Notes: a model not told the origin generated them from the sequence alone. Counted from the first letter of the stretch, positions 49,286 to 61,147 are shown. The stretch is DNA of 64,000 nt from Clostridium sp. CAG:609 (GCA_000438075.1 FR903536.1:30937-94936), one strand, 5' to 3'. Program-made: numbers and translations.

Positions 49286-49504
49286 TTATCTATTATTCCA
49301 TTTTATAATCCCACGTGTTAAATCATATGGTGAAAGTTCCACTGTAACTTTATCACCTGGTAAGATACGAATCATATTCATACGCATTTTACCAGAAACG
49401 TAGGCCTTTACAGTGTGTCCGTTACTAAGTAGAACTAAGTAATCACTACCCTTAAGTACTTCAGTAACTTTTCCTTCAACTTCAATTTTGTCTTTTTTTC
49501 CCAT
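49286..49504 (-). CDS. infA: translation initiation factor IF-1
   Basis: 72-aa S1-like fold, [14 protein letters not shown]...[24 protein letters not shown]. Confidence 0.96.
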   Translation of the reverse strand: MGKKDKIEVEGKVTEVLKGSDYLVLLSNGHTVKAYVSGKMRMNMIRILPGDKVTVELSPYDLTRGIIKWNNR

Positions 49505-49507
49505 AAA

Positions 49508-50251
49508 TTAATCTCCTGTTAATATTTCATATCCTGTATCTGTTACAAGGACTGTATTTTCATAATGACTTGATGGCTTACCATCAAGAGTCTTAACTGT
49601 CCAATCATCATCACATAAGTAAACATCTTTAACGCCCATATTTAACATTGGTTCAATTGCAATAGTCATTCCTTTTTTTAATCTGATATTACTACCATCA
49701 TCAAAATTTGGAACATCGGGATCTTCATGCATTTCAAGTCCAATGCCATGACCCACTAACTCTTCAACAACTGATAAACCATGTTCATGAGCAAAATTCT
49801 CAATTGCTCTACTTATTTCTTTAATTCTAACCCCAGGTTTCACTTTACTAACACCTGCATAAAATGCTCCCTCTGTGTCTTTTACAAGCTTTATAACATC
49901 ACTACTAACGTTACCAACCATATAGGTTCTTGTTGCATCAGCATGATAACCTTTATAACTTAGAACTAAATCGATTGAAACAATATCTCCATCTTTAATT
50001 TTTCTTTTACCAGGTATTCCATGAACAACTTCATCATTTATTGATATACATGAAGTCTTAGGATAACCTTCAAAACCTAAACAAGATGGAACACAATCAT
50101 TTTTAATTATAAAATCATGTATTAACTTATCAAGATACTCAGTGGTAACACCTGTTTTTATATACTTTTCTATATAAGAAAACGTATCATGTAACCTTTT
50201 ACCAGATTCTCTCATAAGTTCTATTTCTCTATCACTTTTTATACTAATCAT
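49508..50251 (-). CDS. map: type I methionine aminopeptidase
   Basis: VHGIPG, DIVSIDL, HGIG and EPM metal-ligand motifs. Position is adk-map-infA. Confidence 0.95.
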   Translation of the reverse strand: MISIKSDREIELMRESGKRLHDTFSYIEKYIKTGVTTEYLDKLIHDFIIKNDCVPSCLGFEGYPKTSCISINDEVVHGIPGKRKIKDGDIVSIDLVLSYKGYHADATRTYMVGNVSSDVIKLVKDTEGAFYAGVSKVKPGVRIKEISRAIENFAHEHGLSVVEELVGHGIGLEMHEDPDVPNFDDGSNIRLKKGMTIAIEPMLNMGVKDVYLCDDDWTVKTLDGKPSSHYENTVLVTDTGYEILTGD

Positions 50252-50880
50252 ATTATAACATCCACGATATCTTTAAATATATCTTCTACATTTCTATTAA
50301 CATCTATTTTTCTTAATTTGTTTTTATTATCATAATATTCTATTAATGGTTTAGTATTTTCTAAAAATGAATTATATCTAATTTTAAATGATTCTAAATT
50401 ATCATCATTTCTTTTAATAAGTTCACTTCCACAAACATCACATATACCATCAACTTTTGGTTTTAAATTAGCTACATTCAAGTTATAAGATTTACCACAT
50501 TTACAAGTAAGTCTATTAACTATTCTATTCGTAGCTTCTTCTTCACTTAAGTCAAGATAAATAACTACATAGTCATCATCTAACATATTATCTAAAGACT
50601 TTGCTTGATTAAGAGTTCGAGGAAAACCATCTAATATAAATGGCTTTCCACTTTCACTAGAAAGTTTATCCTTTATTAAGTCAATCATAATATCATCACT
50701 TACTAGTTCTCCGCGATCAATAATATTTTTAACTTTTAACCCAAGTGTGCTTCCAGATGCTATTGCTTCTCTTAACATATCACCCGTAGATAAATGATTG
50801 TAATTGTATTTATCTTTTAACATTGTACTTTGAGTTCCTTTTCCCGCTGCGGGAGGAGCTATAAATATTATATTTTTCAT
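50248..50880 (-). CDS. adk: adenylate kinase
   Basis: P-loop APPAAGKGTQS and a zinc-lid CKCGKSY...CDVCG. Confidence 0.95.
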   Translation of the reverse strand: MKNIIFIAPPAAGKGTQSTMLKDKYNYNHLSTGDMLREAIASGSTLGLKVKNIIDRGELVSDDIMIDLIKDKLSSESGKPFILDGFPRTLNQAKSLDNMLDDDYVVIYLDLSEEEATNRIVNRLTCKCGKSYNLNVANLKPKVDGICDVCGSELIKRNDDNLESFKIRYNSFLENTKPLIEYYDNKNKLRKIDVNRNVEDIFKDIVDVII

Positions 50881-50881
50881 A

Positions 50882-52147
50882 TTATCTTAATCTCTTTCTT
50901 TTCGCCGTATAACTACGACTTATTAAACTACTTTCCATTTGTTTATAAGTTTCAATAGCAACACCTACAACGATAAGCATTCCTGTTCCTCCAATAGTCA
51001 CTTGACTTGGCAAGCTAAATATTTGTGAGAACAACACAGGAATAGCAGCAAGTATTACTAAGAATATACTACCTACTAATGTAAGTTTACCCATTGAATT
51101 ACTTATATATTTACTAGTGTCTTCACCAGGTCTAATACCAGGTATATAGCCACCTCTTTCATTTAAGTTCTTACTCATTTCATCTGGATTCATAACTAAG
51201 AATGTATAGAAGTAACCAAAGAATAATATTAATATGATATATAATATAAATCCAGTTGGACTTGTATAAACTATATATTTATTAACAAAATCTATAGCAC
51301 CTTGATTCTTAGTAAGTGCAACTATTGTTGATGGAATAGTTGTTAGAATTGATGCAAATATTACAGGCATGACTCCAGCAGAGTTAAGCTTGATTGGTAA
51401 GAAACTACTTTGAGCTCCATATGCACTTGTTGATTTATTTGCATATTGAATTGGTATTCTTCTCTCAGCTAATTGTATCCATATAATACCAACTATAATT
51501 AATAAGTATACCAGGATAAATAGTATAAAGAAGAAAATACCTAATGCTGCTTCATATGTACCACTTGTTATAAAACCATAATATGCTCCAGAGAATACAC
51601 TAGGCATACTAAGTATTATACCAGCCATAATCAACATTGATTGACCATTACCAATACCTTTATTAGTAATTTGGTCTCCCATCCATAAACAGAACGCAGT
51701 ACCAGCAGTCATAACCAATGCTGTCTTAAGTTGAGTAAATAAATCAGCACCACTCATATAGAATATACAAAGTACATAAGCTTGAACGAATCCAATTATG
51801 ATACCCATATATCTATTTATTTTATTAATTTTTTGTCTTCCAGTATATCCTTGTTCTTTTAAATCTTTAAAATAAGGTATAATATCCATTTGTAACAATT
51901 GAGTAATAATGGATGCTGTAATATATGGAGAAACTCCTAAAGCAAATATAGAAAAACTTCTAAGTCCACCACCACTCATAATATTAAATATTTCTAAGAA
52001 TCCTAAGTCTTCATATATTTGTGAAGCCCAAGGAATAGTTACGGAAGATCCTAAAGCAAATAAACCTAAACAAAATAATGTAAGATAAATTCGCTTTCTT
52101 AAATCTTTGTTAGCTTTGTTAAAAATTTGTGAAAAGCCACGAAACAT
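50882..52147 (-). CDS. secY: preprotein translocase subunit SecY
   Basis: 421-aa protein with 10 TM helices and SIFALGVSPYITASII. Position is between rplO and adk. Confidence 0.96.
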   Translation of the reverse strand: MFRGFSQIFNKANKDLRKRIYLTLFCLGLFALGSSVTIPWASQIYEDLGFLEIFNIMSGGGLRSFSIFALGVSPYITASIITQLLQMDIIPYFKDLKEQGYTGRQKINKINRYMGIIIGFVQAYVLCIFYMSGADLFTQLKTALVMTAGTAFCLWMGDQITNKGIGNGQSMLIMAGIILSMPSVFSGAYYGFITSGTYEAALGIFFFILFILVYLLIIVGIIWIQLAERRIPIQYANKSTSAYGAQSSFLPIKLNSAGVMPVIFASILTTIPSTIVALTKNQGAIDFVNKYIVYTSPTGFILYIILILFFGYFYTFLVMNPDEMSKNLNERGGYIPGIRPGEDTSKYISNSMGKLTLVGSIFLVILAAIPVLFSQIFSLPSQVTIGGTGMLIVVGVAIETYKQMESSLISRSYTAKRKRLR

Positions 52148-52591
52148 CTAAATCACCTCAGCTTTGCCACCAATATTTTCAATTTTTGTAACAGCTTTAG
52201 TTGAGAATCTATTAGCTTTAACAGTTAATTTTTTAGTAAGTTCGCCACTTCCTAATACTTTAACACCACTAAGTTGTTTTTTAATAATTTTTCTTTCTTT
52301 TAAAACTTCTGGAGTAACAACATCACCATCATTAAAGAATTTATCTAAATCACTTAAATTAATTACAGCATATTTAGTTTCAAAATTCTTATTGTTGAAT
52401 CCTCTAATAGGAATTCTTCTGTAAAGTGGAGTTTGTCCACCTTGGAACCAAGCTTTGATTGATGCTCCACTTCTAGATTTTTGACCATTTTCTCCACGAG
52501 TAGATGTTTTACCCATTCCAGATCCTGGACCTCTACCTACTCTTTTTGAAGCTTTCATTTCTTTAGTTTTTGGTAAATTTTCTAATCTCAT
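52148..52591 (-). CDS. rplO: 50S ribosomal protein L15
   Basis: [11 protein letters not shown]...[15 protein letters not shown]. Start at 52591, directly after the rpsE stop at 52593. Confidence 0.95.
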   Translation of the reverse strand: MRLENLPKTKEMKASKRVGRGPGSGMGKTSTRGENGQKSRSGASIKAWFQGGQTPLYRRIPIRGFNNKNFETKYAVINLSDLDKFFNDGDVVTPEVLKERKIIKKQLSGVKVLGSGELTKKLTVKANRFSTKAVTKIENIGGKAEVI

Positions 52592-52592
52592 A

Positions 52593-53102
52593 TTATAATT
52601 CCTCAACTTTCTTGCCACGAAGTTCAGCAATATGTTCTGGAGTTCTTTGGCTCTTTAATGCTTCAAGAGTTGCTTTTGCAACGTTAACTTGAGTATTACT
52701 TCCAAGTGATTTAGCAACGATATCTTTAACACCAGCAAGTTCTAATACTGCACGAGCAGCACCACCAGCGATAATTCCACGACCTTCTTTAGCAGGCTTT
52801 AGTAAAACCACAGCTCTACCAACTTTTTCTTGTGCTTCATGAGGAATAGTTCTTCCATCACTTAAAGATACTTTACATACGTTTTTATTAGCAGCTTGTA
52901 AAGCTTTTTTAATAGCTTCTGGAACTTCATTAGCTTTTCCACTACCAATACCAACTAAACCTTTACGATTTCCAACTGCAACAGTAGCACAGAAACGGAA
53001 ATGTCTACCACCTTGAGTAACTTTAGTAACTCTAGTAATAGCAATAACTTTTTCTTCTAATAAATTTTTCTTTTCAGTTTTTTCTTGTCTTTCTTTTCTC
53101 AT
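52593..53102 (-). CDS. rpsE: 30S ribosomal protein S5
   Basis: [39 protein letters not shown]. Confidence 0.96.
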   Translation of the reverse strand: MRKERQEKTEKKNLLEEKVIAITRVTKVTQGGRHFRFCATVAVGNRKGLVGIGSGKANEVPEAIKKALQAANKNVCKVSLSDGRTIPHEAQEKVGRAVVLLKPAKEGRGIIAGGAARAVLELAGVKDIVAKSLGSNTQVNVAKATLEALKSQRTPEHIAELRGKKVEEL

Positions 53103-53112
53103 GCTACCCTCC

Positions 53113-53469
53113 TTAAAATTCTAGTCCTGCTTCTCTAGCAGCATCTGCTAAAGCTTCAACTCTACCATGATATTGATAACCACCACGGTCAAATACAACT
53201 TTTTTAATTTTTAATTTTTTACATTTTTCAGCAACATCTTTACCAACTGCTTTAGCAGCTTCAATGTTACCACCATTTGCAAGTTTTAATTCTAAACTTG
53301 AAGAACTAGCAAGGGTAGTCTTAGCTACATCATCAATAACTTGAGCATAAATACCTTTATTAGATCTAAATACATTAAGTCTTGGCACATTTTTAGTTCC
53401 ACTTATAGTCTTACGAACTCTTTCATGACGTCTAATACGTGCTTTATTATTAGCTTCTTTTTTTATCAT
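53113..53469 (-). CDS. rplR: 50S ribosomal protein L18
   Basis: [15 protein letters not shown]...[19 protein letters not shown]...[26 protein letters not shown]. Confidence 0.96.
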   Translation of the reverse strand: MIKKEANNKARIRRHERVRKTISGTKNVPRLNVFRSNKGIYAQVIDDVAKTTLASSSSLELKLANGGNIEAAKAVGKDVAEKCKKLKIKKVVFDRGGYQYHGRVEALADAAREAGLEF

Positions 53470-53483
53470 AATTTAACTCCTCC

Positions 53484-54020
53484 CTATGCCGCTTTCTTTC
53501 CATCTTTACGACGAACATGTTCACCTTTGTAACGAATGCCTTTACCTTTGTATGGTTCTGGTTCTCTTACCTTACGAACATTAGCCGCAAATTCAGATAC
53601 TTTTTGTTTATCAATACCATGAATAGTAATTTCAGTATTACTTTCACTAGTTACTGATAAACCAGCTGGTGCTTCCATAACTACTGGATGAGAATAACCT
53701 GCATTAATAGTAATTTTATTACCACTAACTTGGAATCTATATCCAACACCTACAGCTTCTAATCCTTTATCATAACCTTTAGAAACACCTGTTATCATAT
53801 TACTAATTAATGAATTAGTAGTACCTTGCATCATATTAGCTGTTTTAGTATTTTTAACTTGTTTTGTTAAAACAACACCATCTTCAACAACTACATTAAC
53901 AAGTTCACTTACATTTATTTTAAGTTCACCTTTAGATCCCTTAACTGTAACTTCACATCCATTAACACTAACTGTTACACCTTCAGGAATAACGATTTTT
54001 CTTTCACCTATTCTACTCAT
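53484..54020 (-). CDS. rplF: 50S ribosomal protein L6
   Basis: MSRIGERKIVIPEGVTV...EPYKGKGIRYKGEHVRRK. Confidence 0.96.
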   Translation of the reverse strand: MSRIGERKIVIPEGVTVSVNGCEVTVKGSKGELKINVSELVNVVVEDGVVLTKQVKNTKTANMMQGTTNSLISNMITGVSKGYDKGLEAVGVGYRFQVSGNKITINAGYSHPVVMEAPAGLSVTSESNTEITIHGIDKQKVSEFAANVRKVREPEPYKGKGIRYKGEHVRRKDGKKAA

Positions 54021-54026
54021 AATAAC

Positions 54027-54425
54027 TTACCATATATAGGCAAGAACTTCGCCTCCTAACTTTTTAGCTCTAGCTTCTTTATCAGTCATTAAACCTTCAG
54101 AAGTTGAGATTATAGCAATACCTAGTCCGTTTAGAACTCGAGGAATTTCATCCACTTTAGCATAAACTCTTAAACCAGATTTACTAATTCTTTTAAGTCC
54201 AGTTATAACTCTTTCTTTCTTAGGACCATATTTTAGTGTTAAAGTTAATTTATCACCATTGCTATTTTTTTCATATACATAATCTGCAATGTAACCTTCA
54301 CTTTTAAGTATTTCAGCAATACCCAAAGTCATTTTAGTACCAATAACTTCAACAGTTGCATATCTCATTTGATTAGCATTACGAATACGAGTTAACATAT
54401 CTGCTATTTTATCTTGTACAAACAT
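54027..54425 (-). CDS. rpsH: 30S ribosomal protein S8
   Basis: [17 protein letters not shown] start (AGGAGG upstream), ending GGEVLAYIW. Confidence 0.95.
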   Translation of the reverse strand: MFVQDKIADMLTRIRNANQMRYATVEVIGTKMTLGIAEILKSEGYIADYVYEKNSNGDKLTLTLKYGPKKERVITGLKRISKSGLRVYAKVDEIPRVLNGLGIAIISTSEGLMTDKEARAKKLGGEVLAYIW

Positions 54426-54438
54426 CTTTATCCTCCTT

Positions 54439-54624
54439 CTACCAACTAGATTTTTTAACACCAGGTAATTTACCTTCATTTGCTAATTCTCTAAAACAAA
54501 TTCTGCAAATTCCATATTTTCTAAGTACTCCGTGAGGTCTTCCACAACGATTACATCTTGTGTAAGCACGTGTTGAAAATTTAGGTTTTCTTTGATTTTT
54601 AACAATCATACTTTTCTTTGCCAT
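54439..54624 (-). CDS. rpsN: 30S ribosomal protein S14, short zinc-binding type Z
   Basis: 61 aa, [46 protein letters not shown], with CxxC...CxxC. Confidence 0.95.
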   Translation of the reverse strand: MAKKSMIVKNQRKPKFSTRAYTRCNRCGRPHGVLRKYGICRICFRELANEGKLPGVKKSSW

Positions 54625-54634
54625 AGTGTCCTCC

Positions 54635-55174
54635 TTAATTCTTAAAAGGCATTCCAAAGCCTTTTAATAAACTCTTTGCTTCTTCATTGCTATTTGCAGT
54701 AGTAACAAATATAATATCCATACCACGTACCTTTAAAACTTCATCATATTCAATTTCTGGGAATATAAGTTGTTCTTTAATACCAATAGTATAGTTTCCT
54801 TTACCATCAAAAGCATGTCCAGAAACTCCACGGAAATCTCTTACACGAGGAAGTCCAATTTTAACTAACTTTTCAAAGAAGTTATACATATTTTCTCCTC
54901 TTAATGTTACTTTAACACCAACAGGTTGACCTTCTCTTAATTTAAATCCAGCAATTGATTTACGAGCTTTTGTAACAACACATTTTTGTCCACTAATAGC
55001 TTCTAAGTCTTTTACAGCAGCAGTAATATATTTTTCATCTTTACTACCTTCACCAACACCCATGTTAATAACAATTTTTTCTAACTTAGGTACTGCCATA
55101 ATAGTAGTATAATTATGTTCTTTCATTAATTCTGGAACAATTTTTTCATCATATAATTTTTTAAAATTACTCAT
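54635..55174 (-). CDS. rplE: 50S ribosomal protein L5
   Basis: [13 protein letters not shown]...NMGVGEG...[28 protein letters not shown]. Confidence 0.96.
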   Translation of the reverse strand: MSNFKKLYDEKIVPELMKEHNYTTIMAVPKLEKIVINMGVGEGSKDEKYITAAVKDLEAISGQKCVVTKARKSIAGFKLREGQPVGVKVTLRGENMYNFFEKLVKIGLPRVRDFRGVSGHAFDGKGNYTIGIKEQLIFPEIEYDEVLKVRGMDIIFVTTANSNEEAKSLLKGFGMPFKN

Positions 55175-55176
55175 AC

Positions 55177-55482
55177 TTACTTACTTCCTTTCTTAGAAGT
55201 TTTAGCTTTCTTTTCAGCTTTTTCTTCTACTTTTTCTTTTGCTTTAGTAGTCTTTACTTCTTTTTCATCAATTACTTTAACATTTGATACATGAATAGGA
55301 GCTTCAATTTCAAATATTCCACCTTTATCATTCATACTTGTAGGTTTACTATGTTTTTTAACAATATGTACACCTTCAACAACTACTTTAGATTCAGTCT
55401 TTAATGTTTTAATAACTTTGCCAGTTTTACCTTTATCAGCACCAGCAATTACTTTTACCATATCTCCAACTTTAACTTTCAT
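55177..55482 (-). CDS. rplX: 50S ribosomal protein L24
   Basis: [26 protein letters not shown] motif. Confidence 0.95.
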   Translation of the reverse strand: MKVKVGDMVKVIAGADKGKTGKVIKTLKTESKVVVEGVHIVKKHSKPTSMNDKGGIFEIEAPIHVSNVKVIDEKEVKTTKAKEKVEEKAEKKAKTSKKGSK

Positions 55483-55491
55483 ATTTGCCTC

Positions 55492-55860
55492 CTATAACAC
55501 TTCTGAAGCAAGAGAAACAATCTTCATATAATCTTTTTCTCTTAGCTCTCTAGCAACAGGTCCTAAAACACGAGTACCAATTGGTGATTTATCATCCTTA
55601 ATTAATACACATGCATTATCATCAAATTTGATATAAGAACCATCATTTCTTCTAACGCCTTCAACGCTTCTTACGATAACAGCTTTAACAACTTTACCTT
55701 TTTTAACTGGACTGTTAGGAATAGCTTTTTTTACTGTTCCAACAACTACGTCCCCGATATTACCATATTTAACTTTAGATCCACCAAGAACTCTAATAAC
55801 TAAAAGTTCTCTAGCTCCTGAGTTATCAGCAACTTTTAATCTACTTTCTTGCATTACCAT
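55492..55860 (-). CDS. rplN: 50S ribosomal protein L14
   Basis: [25 protein letters not shown]. Confidence 0.97.
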   Translation of the reverse strand: MVMQESRLKVADNSGARELLVIRVLGGSKVKYGNIGDVVVGTVKKAIPNSPVKKGKVVKAVIVRSVEGVRRNDGSYIKFDDNACVLIKDDKSPIGTRVLGPVARELREKDYMKIVSLASEVL

Positions 55861-55871
55861 AATAATACCTC

Positions 55872-56129
55872 CTAAAGGATAACAGCTTTAGTTAAAATTT
55901 CTACTAGTTCATATCTTTTAGTTTTAGATAATGGTCTAGTCATTCTAATCTTTACTGTATCTCCTACTTTTGCTTCATTGTTTTCATCATGAGCAGCATA
56001 TTTCTTTGAATATTTAACATTTTTCTTATACAAAGGATGTCTTTTTGATGTTTCAACATTAACAGTTATTGTTTTGTTATTAGATGCACTAACAACTTTA
56101 CCAATTAATTCTTGTTTCTTTTCTGTCAT
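55872..56129 (-). CDS. rpsQ: 30S ribosomal protein S17
   Basis: [27 protein letters not shown]...[18 protein letters not shown]. Confidence 0.95.
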   Translation of the reverse strand: MTEKKQELIGKVVSASNNKTITVNVETSKRHPLYKKNVKYSKKYAAHDENNEAKVGDTVKIRMTRPLSKTKRYELVEILTKAVIL

Positions 56130-56344
56130 TATTTATTACCTCCATCAATTTCTCTTTCTTTAAGAATAGTTTTCATTTTTGCAACATCTCTTCTTAGAAC
56201 CTTAAGTTCAACAGGTTTTTCTAAAGTACCATTTGCATGTTGCATTCTCTTTGCAAATAATTCTTCTTTTGTAGTTTTAATCTTTTTAACTAAATCTTCA
56301 GTAGATAACTTTCTAAGTTCTTTAATTTCCAAGAGAATCACCAT
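56129..56344 (-). CDS. rpmC: 50S ribosomal protein L29
   Basis: [29 protein letters not shown]. The exact start is uncertain (ATG 56344 or TTG 56332); either overlaps the end of rplP. Confidence 0.9.
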   Translation of the reverse strand: MVILLEIKELRKLSTEDLVKKIKTTKEELFAKRMQHANGTLEKPVELKVLRRDVAKMKTILKEREIDGGNK

Positions 56345-56759
56345 CCTTTACTTCTTCATTTTTAACAAATTTTGTTTTAACAGATAGTTTGTGAGAAGCA
56401 AGTCTTAAAGCTTCACGAGCAATAGCTTCTTCAACACCACTAATTTCAAACATAATTTTTCCCTTTTTTACTACTGCTACCCATTCATCTACAGAACCTT
56501 TACCTTTACCTTGACGAGTTTCAAGAGGTTTTTTAGTTCTTGGCATATGTGGGAATATGTTAATAAATACTTTACCACCACGTTTCATATAACGTGTCAT
56601 TGCAATACGAGCAGCTTCTATTTGACGAGCTGAAATCCATCCGCCTTCTAAAGCTTCTAGACCATAATCACCAAAATGTAGTTCAGTATTACCTTTGGCT
56701 TTTCCGTCATAACTTACTCTATGACTCTTACGATATTTAGTTCTTTTTGGCATTAACAT
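56322..56759 (-). CDS. rplP: 50S ribosomal protein L16
   Basis: [14 protein letters not shown]...[20 protein letters not shown]. Confidence 0.97.
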   Translation of the reverse strand: MLMPKRTKYRKSHRVSYDGKAKGNTELHFGDYGLEALEGGWISARQIEAARIAMTRYMKRGGKVFINIFPHMPRTKKPLETRQGKGKGSVDEWVAVVKKGKIMFEISGVEEAIAREALRLASHKLSVKTKFVKNEEVKDGDSLGN

Positions 56760-57414
56760 TTTTATCAGCTCCCTTCACAGTCTTTTTAGCTGGAAGAATT
56801 TCATTTTTATAAATCCAAACTTTAACACCAATTTTACCATAAGTTGTATCCGCTTCAGCTATTGCATAATCAACATCAGCTCTGATAGTGTGTAGTGGCA
56901 CAGTTCCTTCAGTATAACCTTCAGTTCTTGCCATTTCAGCTCCACCAAGTCTACCAGATACAGCAGTTTTACATCCTTTAGCTCCAGCTTTCATTACGTT
57001 TCTGATAGCCCTTTTTTGTGCAGATCTAAATGGTGCTCTTGCAGCTATTTGATTAGCTATGTTTTGAGCAACAAGTGATGCATTTAAATCAGGATTCTTT
57101 TCTTCAACTATATTGATATAAATTTCTTCACCAACTAATTTAGATAATTTCTTTCTTAATTTTTCAATATCTTCTCCGCCACGTCCGATGATAACACCAG
57201 GTTTAGCAGTATAGATACTTACTTCACATTTATTATTTTTTCTATCAACAATAACACTTGCAATAGCAGCTTCTTTAAGATTTTTTTCTAAATATTCTCT
57301 GATTCTAATATCATTAATTAAATACTTTTGATAATTATCTTTAGAATACCAAGTACTTTGCCAAGTCTTATTAACACCAAGTCTGTATCCTATAGGATTT
57401 ACTTTTTGTCCCAT
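56737..57414 (-). CDS. rpsC: 30S ribosomal protein S3
   Basis: [23 protein letters not shown] with a KH domain. Confidence 0.97.
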   Translation of the reverse strand: MGQKVNPIGYRLGVNKTWQSTWYSKDNYQKYLINDIRIREYLEKNLKEAAIASVIVDRKNNKCEVSIYTAKPGVIIGRGGEDIEKLRKKLSKLVGEEIYINIVEEKNPDLNASLVAQNIANQIAARAPFRSAQKRAIRNVMKAGAKGCKTAVSGRLGGAEMARTEGYTEGTVPLHTIRADVDYAIAEADTTYGKIGVKVWIYKNEILPAKKTVKGADKNVNAKKN

Positions 57415-57416
57415 TA

Positions 57417-57764
57417 TTACTTAACTCCCTTCGCATCATCAGTTACTTTAACAGTAATATGACTACTTCTCTTATCATGGCGATCTACATTCCCACGACT
57501 TGCAAATTTAATTCTCTTATAAACAGGTCCTGGATTAATGTAACATTCACTAATTCTAAGTTCAGATTCATTTGCACCATTATTATTAACGGCATTAGCA
57601 ACAGCTGAATTTAAAACTTTAAGAATTAATCTACTAGCTTTAGTATTAGTATTTTCTAATATACCTCTAGCAGTTTCAACGTCTTTTCCTCTAATTAAGT
57701 CCATTGTCATTCTAGCAAGTCTTGGCTTAATTAAAGCATTTTTATGAATTGCATATGCTTCCAT
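57417..57764 (-). CDS. rplV: 50S ribosomal protein L22
   Basis: ARMTMDLIRGKDVETARGIL...INPGPVYKRIKFASRGNVDRHDKRSSHITV. Confidence 0.96.
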   Translation of the reverse strand: MEAYAIHKNALIKPRLARMTMDLIRGKDVETARGILENTNTKASRLILKVLNSAVANAVNNNGANESELRISECYINPGPVYKRIKFASRGNVDRHDKRSSHITVKVTDDAKGVK

Positions 57765-57772
57765 GTTACCTC

Positions 57773-58036
57773 CTACTTATTACCTGCATGGCCAGTAAAT
57801 TTACGAGTTTGTGAAAATTCTCCTAATTTATGTCCAACCATGTCTTCTGTTATATATACTGGAATAAAATCTTTTCCATTATGAACAGCTATAGTGTGAC
57901 CAACAAAGTCAGGAAAAATAGTAGATCTTCTTGACCAAGTCTTAATAACTGTCTTTTTATTACCTTTATTCATTTCTTGAACCTTTTTCATAAGTGATTC
58001 TTCAACATAAGGTCCTTTTTTTAAACTTCTTGCCAT
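57773..58036 (-). CDS. rpsS: 30S ribosomal protein S19
   Basis: [11 protein letters not shown]...[23 protein letters not shown]. Confidence 0.97.
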   Translation of the reverse strand: MARSLKKGPYVEESLMKKVQEMNKGNKKTVIKTWSRRSTIFPDFVGHTIAVHNGKDFIPVYITEDMVGHKLGEFSQTRKFTGHAGNK

Positions 58037-58044
58037 TTTTCCTC

Positions 58045-58878
58045 CTATTTCTTAGCCTTTCTACTTACTATAAGCTTTTCACTTTTCTTTTTGTTCTTAC
58101 GAGTTTTAACACCAAGTGCAGGTTTACCCCAAGGTGTCATTGGACTCTTACGTCCTATTGGAGCACGACCTTCTCCACCACCATGAGGGTGATCGTTAGG
58201 GTTCATTACAGAACCACGGTTAGTAGGTCTGATTCCCATATGACGTTTTCTACCAGCTTTACCTAAGTTAACTAGTTTGTAATCTTCATTACCAACAATA
58301 CCTACTGTTGCAACACAAGTTCCAAGCACAAGTCTTGTTTCACCTGATTGTAAACGAAGCATTACATATTTTCCTTCTCTACCAAGAATTTGAGCTCCAG
58401 CTCCAGCACTTCTACAAATTTCAGCACCCTTACCTGGTTGTAATTCAATACAATGAACCATTGTACCAACTGGAATATTTTTAAGTGGTAATGCATTACC
58501 TACTTTAATATCAGCTGTTTCACCATTTTCAATGATAGCTCCAACTTTTAATCCATTAGGAGCAATAATGTATTTCTTTTCCCCATCTTTATAATTTATT
58601 AATGCAATGTTTGCATTTCTATTTGGATCGTATTCAATAGTAGCAACACGACCAGTAACACCAAGTTTATTTCTTTTATAATCAATTATACGGTATTTTC
58701 TTTTTTCTCCACCACCAATGTGACGAACTGTCATTTTACCTTGATTATTTCTTCCACCAGTTTTACTTTTCTTAACTAATAATGATTTAGTAGGAGTAGA
58801 ACTAGTTATTTCTTCATTTTTTAGTGTACTCATTCCACGACGACCATTAGTCGTTGGTTTATAATGTTTTATAGCCAT
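58045..58878 (-). CDS. rplB: 50S ribosomal protein L2
   Basis: [15 protein letters not shown]...[17 protein letters not shown]. Confidence 0.97.
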   Translation of the reverse strand: MAIKHYKPTTNGRRGMSTLKNEEITSSTPTKSLLVKKSKTGGRNNQGKMTVRHIGGGEKRKYRIIDYKRNKLGVTGRVATIEYDPNRNANIALINYKDGEKKYIIAPNGLKVGAIIENGETADIKVGNALPLKNIPVGTMVHCIELQPGKGAEICRSAGAGAQILGREGKYVMLRLQSGETRLVLGTCVATVGIVGNEDYKLVNLGKAGRKRHMGIRPTNRGSVMNPNDHPHGGGEGRAPIGRKSPMTPWGKPALGVKTRKNKKKSEKLIVSRKAKK

Positions 58879-58896
58879 AATTCTTTTCCTCCCAAC

Positions 58897-59172
58897 TTAT
58901 ATTTCTATTGAAGAGCCTTCAGCTAAAGTAACTATTGCTTTTTTATAAGTCTTAGTTCTTCCAGCATATTTTCCAACTCTTCTTCTTTTTGATTTAGTAT
59001 TTAATGTATTAACATTTTTAACACTAACTTTAAAAGCTTCTTCAACTGCATTTTTAATTTCATTCTTTGTAGCATCTTTAGCTACTTTAAATGTATAAAC
59101 ATTAGCTTGTCTATTAGCCATAGACTTTTCAGTAATAACTGGTGCAATGATAACATCAGAATAATGTCTCAT
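58897..59172 (-). CDS. rplW: 50S ribosomal protein L23
   Basis: [14 protein letters not shown]...[24 protein letters not shown]. Confidence 0.95.
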   Translation of the reverse strand: MRHYSDVIIAPVITEKSMANRQANVYTFKVAKDATKNEIKNAVEEAFKVSVKNVNTLNTKSKRRRVGKYAGRTKTYKKAIVTLAEGSSIEI

Positions 59173-59795
59173 TATTTAAGCACCTCCTTTATTTTATTAA
59201 CTGCTTCTTCATCCATAACAACTACATCAGCATTTACTAAGTCATATACATTAATTTCATCAGCATATATAACTAAGCAATTTGGTAAATTTCTAGTTGC
59301 TAAATAAAGATTAGCAGCATCATCACTTGTAACAAATAATACTTTATCTTCAAGTTTTAATGCATCTAACATTTTTAATGCATCTTTAGTTTTAGTACTT
59401 TCCATATTGAAATTATCAACAACTACTAAAGCTTTTTCTAACACTTTTAGAGATAAAGCACTCTTTAATGCAAGTACTCTTTCTTTTTTATTAATTTTGA
59501 AACTATAGTCACGGTTACCAACACCAAATGGTACTCCACCGCCAACCCATTGAGTAGCTCTTATACTACCTTGACGAGCTCTACCAGTTCCTTTTTGTTT
59601 CCAAGGTTTTCTTCCACCACCAGAAACTTCGCTTCTATTTTTAGTTTTTCTTGTTCCTTGACGAGTAGCATCTAATTGTAAACGGATCATTTTCTTTAAT
59701 GCATCATCATTTACTTCAATCTTAAAGATGCTATCATTTAATGTTAAATCTTTTACTTTTTCACCATTTAGGTTCTTAACACTTATCTTTGTCAT
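59172..59795 (-). CDS. rplD: 50S ribosomal protein L4
   Basis: [42 protein letters not shown]. Confidence 0.96.
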   Translation of the reverse strand: MTKISVKNLNGEKVKDLTLNDSIFKIEVNDDALKKMIRLQLDATRQGTRKTKNRSEVSGGGRKPWKQKGTGRARQGSIRATQWVGGGVPFGVGNRDYSFKINKKERVLALKSALSLKVLEKALVVVDNFNMESTKTKDALKMLDALKLEDKVLFVTSDDAANLYLATRNLPNCLVIYADEINVYDLVNADVVVMDEEAVNKIKEVLK

Positions 59796-59818
59796 TTTAA
59801 ATCCTTTCTAAGCAAGTA

Positions 59819-60583
59819 TTACTTACTTTCTTCTTCCTTAGCATCTTCTTTAGCATCTGTAACTACTTCTGCAGCTTCTTCTGTAACTTCTGGAGTATCA
59901 ACTACTTCATCAACAACAGACTCTTCTACATATTTAAGAATTTCTTTTGGTTCTTCCTTTCTGCTATTTTTAACAGCAGTCTTAATTAATACTAAAGAAT
60001 TTTTTGCACCTGGAACATTTCCACTAACTAAAATATAGTTTTCATTTACATTTACTTCAACGATTTCTAAGTTTTGAATAGTCACTGTATCAACACCCAT
60101 GTGTCCAGCTAACTTTTTACCTTTCAAAACTCTTTTTGGTAACATAGTACCAAGTGATCCTGGTCTTCTATGATAATGAGAACCATGAGTCATTGGTCCA
60201 CGAGATTGGTTATGACGTTTAATAACCCCTTGGAAACCTTTACCTTTACTTGTACCTGTTACATCAACGATTTCTCCAACATTAAATACATCAGCGCTAA
60301 TTGTATCACCAATATTATAAGTTGATTCTACATCTCTTATTTCTTTTAAGTAGCGCTTAGGAGTAGTATTTGCTTTTTTAGCATTTCCCATTTCTGGTCT
60401 GTTTGCTTGTTTTTCTTTCTTTTCGAATACACCAAGTTGAATAGCATTATAACCATTATTTTCAACAGTCTTAACTTGCATTACTACATTAGGTTCAACT
60501 TCAATAACTGTAACAGGAATAAGTTTACCTTCCTTAGTAAATACTTGAGTCATTCCAACTTTGCGTCCTAAGATTCCTTTCAT
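59819..60583 (-). CDS. rplC: 50S ribosomal protein L3 with a ~45-aa acidic C-terminal extension
   Basis: [15 protein letters not shown]...[12 protein letters not shown] core, then [45 protein letters not shown]. Confidence 0.95.
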   Translation of the reverse strand: MKGILGRKVGMTQVFTKEGKLIPVTVIEVEPNVVMQVKTVENNGYNAIQLGVFEKKEKQANRPEMGNAKKANTTPKRYLKEIRDVESTYNIGDTISADVFNVGEIVDVTGTSKGKGFQGVIKRHNQSRGPMTHGSHYHRRPGSLGTMLPKRVLKGKKLAGHMGVDTVTIQNLEIVEVNVNENYILVSGNVPGAKNSLVLIKTAVKNSRKEEPKEILKYVEESVVDEVVDTPEVTEEAAEVVTDAKEDAKEEESK

Positions 60584-60603
60584 AATTTTCTTCCTTCCTT
60601 CTC

Positions 60604-60912
60604 TTATAATTTGATATTTACATCAACACCACTTGGTATATCTAAGTGTTGTAATGCATCGATAGTTTCTTTGCTTGGTTTTTTAATATCGATAAGTCTC
60701 TTATGAGTCCTTCTTTCGAATTGTTCCCTCGCATCTTTATATTTGTGAACTGCTCTTAACACTGTAACTTTTTCAATTTCTGTTGGTAGTGGAACAGGTC
60801 CAGAAATTTCGCCGCCAGTTCTTTTAACAGTTTCAACTATTTTTCCAGCAGCAACATCAAGCAATTGATGATCATATGCTTTCAAATTAATTCTAACTTT
60901 ATCTTTTGACAT
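60604..60912 (-). CDS. rpsJ: 30S ribosomal protein S10
   Basis: [38 protein letters not shown]. Confidence 0.97.
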   Translation of the reverse strand: MSKDKVRINLKAYDHQLLDVAAGKIVETVKRTGGEISGPVPLPTEIEKVTVLRAVHKYKDAREQFERRTHKRLIDIKKPSKETIDALQHLDIPSGVDVNIKL

Positions 60913-61038
60913 TTTTTCATGTCCTCCTTTCGCCTATATCTAGTATAGACATACTCCGTACAAGTTATCCTTTTCACTAGTTATAACTACCAACTCATCC
61001 TAGTGTATCGGTAACCTCGCACATCTCCGCAGTCATAC
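60913..61038 (-). promoter_or_regulatory. ~125-nt GC-enriched 5' untranslated leader of the S10 operon
   Basis: Lies between the predicted promoter and the rpsJ SD (AGGAGG). It is noticeably more GC-rich than the flanks (gactgcggagatgtgcgaggttaccgatacactagg...). Structure and function are not established. Confidence 0.4.
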
Positions 61039-61045
61039 GACTATA

Positions 61046-61075
61046 ATTATATCATTAAAATATATGAAAAATCAA
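61046..61075 (-). promoter_or_regulatory. sigmaA-type promoter of the S10-spc-alpha ribosomal operon
   Basis: Minus strand TTGATT, 18 nt spacer, TATAAT preceded by TG (TGATATAAT). A second extended -10 (TGGTATAAT) lies at 61102-61110. Confidence 0.6.
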
Positions 61076-61112
61076 GTAAAAACTTACATTTTGTTAAAAA
61101 TATTATACCAAA

Positions 61113-61138
61113 CAAAAAGAACTATTGATTATCAATAG
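61113..61138 (-). terminator. intrinsic terminator after the 61148 lipoprotein gene
   Basis: Minus strand CUAUUGAU-A-AUCAAUAG followed by UUCUUUUUG. Confidence 0.55.
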
Positions 61139-61147
61139 CTCAATTTT

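Noticed and set aside
52585-52630. Alternative long start of rplO (ATG 52630) overlapping rpsE, as a possible fused or frameshifted L30 remnant
   Set aside because: The extra 13 codons ([13 protein letters not shown]) have no similarity to L30 and overlap the rpsE coding end. The canonical L15 start MRLENLP has an SD upstream.
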